From Intoshia linei (Eukaryota; Animalia; Orthonectida), in NCBI GenBank assembly GCA_001642005.1, contig LWCA01000101.1:1-55360 (forward strand): a stretch of DNA of 55,360 nucleotides, in the 5' to 3' direction. Below are positions 51,687 through 55,360 of this stretch, in pieces (within the stretch, counting starts at the first letter, position 1; every line of letters begins with the position of its first letter). Under the pieces are notes generated by a model that saw nothing but the letters and a program-made list of their open reading frames with translations, had not been told where the DNA came from and did no database searches. The position numbers and the translations under genes are program-made.

Positions 51687-52500
51687 TTAAGCAGGACAAA
51701 AGGGTACCACTGAATTAAAAAAAATTACACAATATTTGATTAAATCTTTACAGGTTAGATAGTGGAATTTATATTGTTTATACAATCGGTCTGAAAGACT
51801 GTGCATAAATTCATCATAATTTGTAACGTCAATAGAATTTAACGGTATTAACTTTTTATCAATAATGGTTAAATCAACACGACTAGTAAATTCCATAATC
51901 TTTTTAAATGTTAACAAGTTCACCTAAAAATGTTGTTAAAAAGTAAGTAATACTGATAATATGGAGATGGAGGTGAACACTAAGAGAAAACAATAATTTA
52001 AAAACTTTGGTTGATAAACACCTTAATAAATGAATGGCCCTAATATTTAATCTAAACCTAACGATTTAGGGCGTTAGTAGCGAAAAAATTAAAACACATT
52101 AAATTAAAATAAAATTGTTGTTCACCAAAGTCAATTAACTAAGTTGTCCACCAAATGAGATATTGACTGCATAATAGAAAATTACATTATTTTCGTGACA
52201 TAAAAAATTATTCCACATTTCATGGTAATTGCAAGAATTTTCATACTTTTTAATTAAAACGTCAAATAAATCTCGAGCTTTTTGTTGTGCTGAATTTGCA
52301 AATACTTTTAATGCTTCCATATGGGAACAAGGCTCTTTTTCGATATTGTATTTTTTCAACCATTCAGAAAATTCGTAAGTTGTAAGATCATCTGGAATTT
52401 CAGCTTCTAAATTAACAAAATTTTAAATTTTGCAGGTCCTTCCTGGACCACAGGTTCTAAATTTGGCAATGGCCGATATATGTAATAAATTTGAATATTT
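51687..52500 (-). CDS. Unidentified multi-exon protein-coding gene (3' part)
   Basis: Open frame about 52500-52186 (..LPNLEPVVQEGPAKFKNFVNLEAEIPDDLTTYEFSEWLKKY..), short GT-AG introns and a last exon at 51923-51687; no family recognised. Confidence 0.65.
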
Positions 52501-52649
52501 TTTTTGTTAACATCATACATTGTTAATAGTTTAAAATTACTGCTTTAAAAGTATAGACCAAGGGAGTCAATTATGCCCGCGTTATAACAAATTTTTATTT
52601 TTATGACAAAATTTTTTCACATATTCACATTTTTTACAGTTAGTATATA

Positions 52650-52928
52650 TGTTACCGCCCGTTTGGAGTTTCAGTCAATATGAAGAATTTTCTTTAATTT
52701 TAAATTTTTTCAATATCCATCATTCAAAAATCCACTTTTACCAAACCTTAAAACAAAAATCCAATTTTACCAAACCCTTAAAAAAAACCCCTTTTACCAA
52801 CTCTTAAGGAATAATCCAATTTTCTCATAAGGGTTAGTAAAAGTGGATTTTTGAATAATGCATTTTGAAAAAATTTAAAATTAAAGAAAATTCTTCAGAA
52901 TGACTGAAACTCCAAACGGACGGTAACA
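52650..52928. mobile_element. Foldback-like MITE with ~100-bp TIRs and an internal ~30-bp repeat array, nested in a hAT MITE remnant (~52559-53109)
   Basis: tgttaccgcccgtttggagtttcagtca... mirrors ...tgactgaaactccaaacggacggtaaca; (TA)n flanks. Confidence 0.85.
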
Positions 52929-53493
52929 TATATATACATTTATTTATGTATACATTTCTTAATTTATTTATTCATGATTACAATTTTAGCATTAGTTATA
53001 CACTTATTTCATTATATTAATTAAAACTGTTAGTTATTAAAATTAATAATAATGGTATGAGTAAAGATTTTTGTGCGGCTCGCCAAAAAAATTGAGTCTG
53101 ACACCCCTGCATTTATATACCAGGGCCTGGTATAGAATTACGATAACAAATTAAACTACAAGTTTTACTGTAATTAATTTAAATGGTAATATTTCTAAAA
53201 CAACTACAAATTAAGAAAAAATAACGGTATAATAGCGAAATAAACACCACAGCAGTTATGGATACTTTATTCCGGCCTTTATTTGATCCATTCAACCAAA
53301 GTGAAAAACCTGCGAAAGAAAACTTTTAATCCCACCACAAAATAAAAAATCCAAATTTACCAGATTAAAAAAAAAAATCCTTTTAACGATTTTTTTTGAA
53401 CCATGCAAAAATATGACTAAATAAATAATTAATTTAATTATTTCACCAAAATTAAAAACTTAATTAAATAGTTTTTTTGACTTTACTCTAAGG

Positions 53494-54092
53494 CAGTGGT
53501 TGCCGATTGTGGTCCAAAACTATATGCATGGGGTCAGTAAGATTCAAATAAAATATAAAAACATTTTTATCCACTTTTGTTTATTTTTATAAAAGAATTT
53601 TTAATATTTATTACAGAATTGCCAGATGTAGGTAATATATCGCAAAGCTTAGATCACCGCTACATTATTATTTAAAAAATTATACTTTTATCTCACCATT
53701 AAAAAATTTAATAAAAAATACGATTTCAAACTATCAGGGAAAAATCCACTCAATCAAACCCAAAAATAAAAATCCGATTTTAGCAAATCTGATAAGGAAA
53801 AACCTTTCATTTTTTCATAAATGTTATATACATGTATTTAATTTTTCCTTTGGGGTCTAAAAAAATAAATATTATAAAATAAGGTCTATAGTACGCATTA
53901 CCGAGCTTACCGTACCCGAAACCCGTGTTAAATTTGAAATTAAAATTTAAAGAGTTCGTTATGACTATATGACACTTGCATATTTCGTGAAAATTTTTTT
54001 GATGGACCTATTTTTCATTTTCTGGCCTTAAGCTGGGTAGATTCTGCTTTGGTAGTACTGACTCCGTACACTATTTGAATCGGGAACCACTG
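53494..54092. mobile_element. hAT MITE
   Basis: cagtggttgccgatt / aatcgggaaccactg; perfect TSD ctctaagg. Confidence 0.9.
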
Positions 54093-54787
54093 CTCTAAGG
54101 TGAATTTTTAAATTGTATATTAAATCAGTCACTTTAAATTCTTGATAATTATAATATACACATGTAATTATTATTCTATTTGCAACGGTATTACCAACGT
54201 TTATGCCTTAAATTAAAATAAAATCTCTTTTCCGACATTTTTTTGAAAATTTCGATTCTACCAACTCATACGAGAAAAACTTCTAATCCTACCACAAAAT
54301 AAAAAACCAAAATTTTAGTAACTTTGAAGGAAAAATCCCTTTTTTCGAGTGATTAGTTCTAAATATTAAAAATTTGTGAGACTCACAATTGTCATTGTGA
54401 TAGTAGTTTACATTTTACAAAGTAGTCATTTATATATTTAACAAAATTTTTTGGTACCAGCCAATCGACCACCCTTGTCTATTTGTAACTTTCTCAAGCG
54501 ATAACATTTTCACTAAGATAAAATATCAAATGATATCAAACATTTGAAATTGAGTGAAAAAAACACAAATTGATGCCTTGATGCCACACTGTGCAATTAT
54601 TTATTCAGAAAACAGAGTCCCAAAAATTTCAAAAACAAAAATTATATATCAGTTTTTTCTAGCGAAGAAAGTAAGATAAATTTCAAATTAACCAAATTGG
54701 GAGATTCACGGCCAAAACAACAAATTATCCTTTTTTAAAAATAAAAAGAGTCTTAAAATTTAAAAAAACACACATAATGTGTTACTA

Positions 54788-55360
54788 TTAAGTCGTTTCA
54801 TAAGTAATGTCGTTTTTATTGTAACTTTATTATAAATCATTATATCTTTACGAATATTTACTGTAAGTGCGTTATTTTTTTATTTTTACGAAATATGGAC
54901 AAAATGTGTATTCGATGAAAAAGTAATTTTCGATGACAAACATTTTTTTAATTAGTATTTAGAGAAACAAGTTGGATGATTTTGATGGTCATATCAGACA
55001 TATTTTACTTTATAAGTTCAATATGGGGCATACCCTATCGGAAACTAATTAAAATATATGTAATGTTTATGGCAAAGATGATATCAACATACGAAAGACT
55101 CAAAGATGGTTCTTAAAGTTTAGCCAAAACAATTATAACCTAGAAAATGTCCAACGTTCCGGTAGACCTAGTCTAGTAGATGAAGACAAAATTAAAGAGG
55201 AATTGATAAAATCTCCAATTCAAACATGTACGTCATTATCAAATGTTGCTGGTTGTTCAAGAACAAGTGTACATCGAGATCTTAAAAGGATGAATAAATT
55301 GAATAAATGTGGTATTTGGATTCCTCATTTATTGACTAGTCAACACAAATTAAATCGTTT
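54788..55360 (+). pseudogene. Mariner (Hsmar1/SETMAR-like) element: left TIR and transposase N-terminus with an in-frame stop
   Basis: ta^ttaagtcgtttcataagtaatgtcgttttt TIR; reads HIRHILLYKF..N*NICNVYG..QRWF..RSGRP..GIWIPHLL (WVPHEL motif). Confidence 0.92.

Noticed and set aside
1-55360. Alternative genetic code or stop-codon readthrough
   Set aside because: The fully rebuilt host genes splice without in-frame stops, and TAA, TAG and TGA are all used as terminators. In-frame stops were seen only in transposon relics and the damaged CD36 5' part.
1-55360. CRISPR array, rRNA, intact tRNA or prokaryotic operon
   Set aside because: No regularly spaced repeat-spacer array or rRNA motif was seen. 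The DNA is spliceosomal-intron eukaryotic.

Overview
Very AT-rich animal genomic DNA with a standard genetic code, GT-AG introns that are often only 30-45 nt, and many transposon insertions inside introns. This architecture suggests a compact-genome invertebrate such as an orthonectid-like parasite (inference only). Genes were rebuilt by hand from splice phases, and homologies are recalled from known protein families rather than searched. On the + strand are PTS (6 exons), SH2D4 (about 15 kb, many micro-exons), and FOXRED2/ERFAD followed by a truncated TXNDC16/ERp90-like block. On the - strand are a partly damaged CD36/SCARB-family receptor, the 3' half of a PLCL/PRIP-type phospholipase C, a nearly intronless SEC24C/D, a divergent class A GPCR and an unidentified gene. 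Mobile DNA includes a non-autonomous Helitron family (10 or more copies or fragments), hAT MITEs with 8-bp TSDs, a piggyBac-type MITE, pogo/Tc1 MITEs and decayed Tc1, mariner and hAT transposases. The main candidate is that the FOXRED2 and TXNDC16-like exons splice in frame into one 19-exon ORF of about 921 aa, with one signal peptide and one C-terminal KMEL. That would be a fusion of two ER proteins known to interact in mammals. Two 'n' junctions (36034, 48287) mark probable assembly problems.
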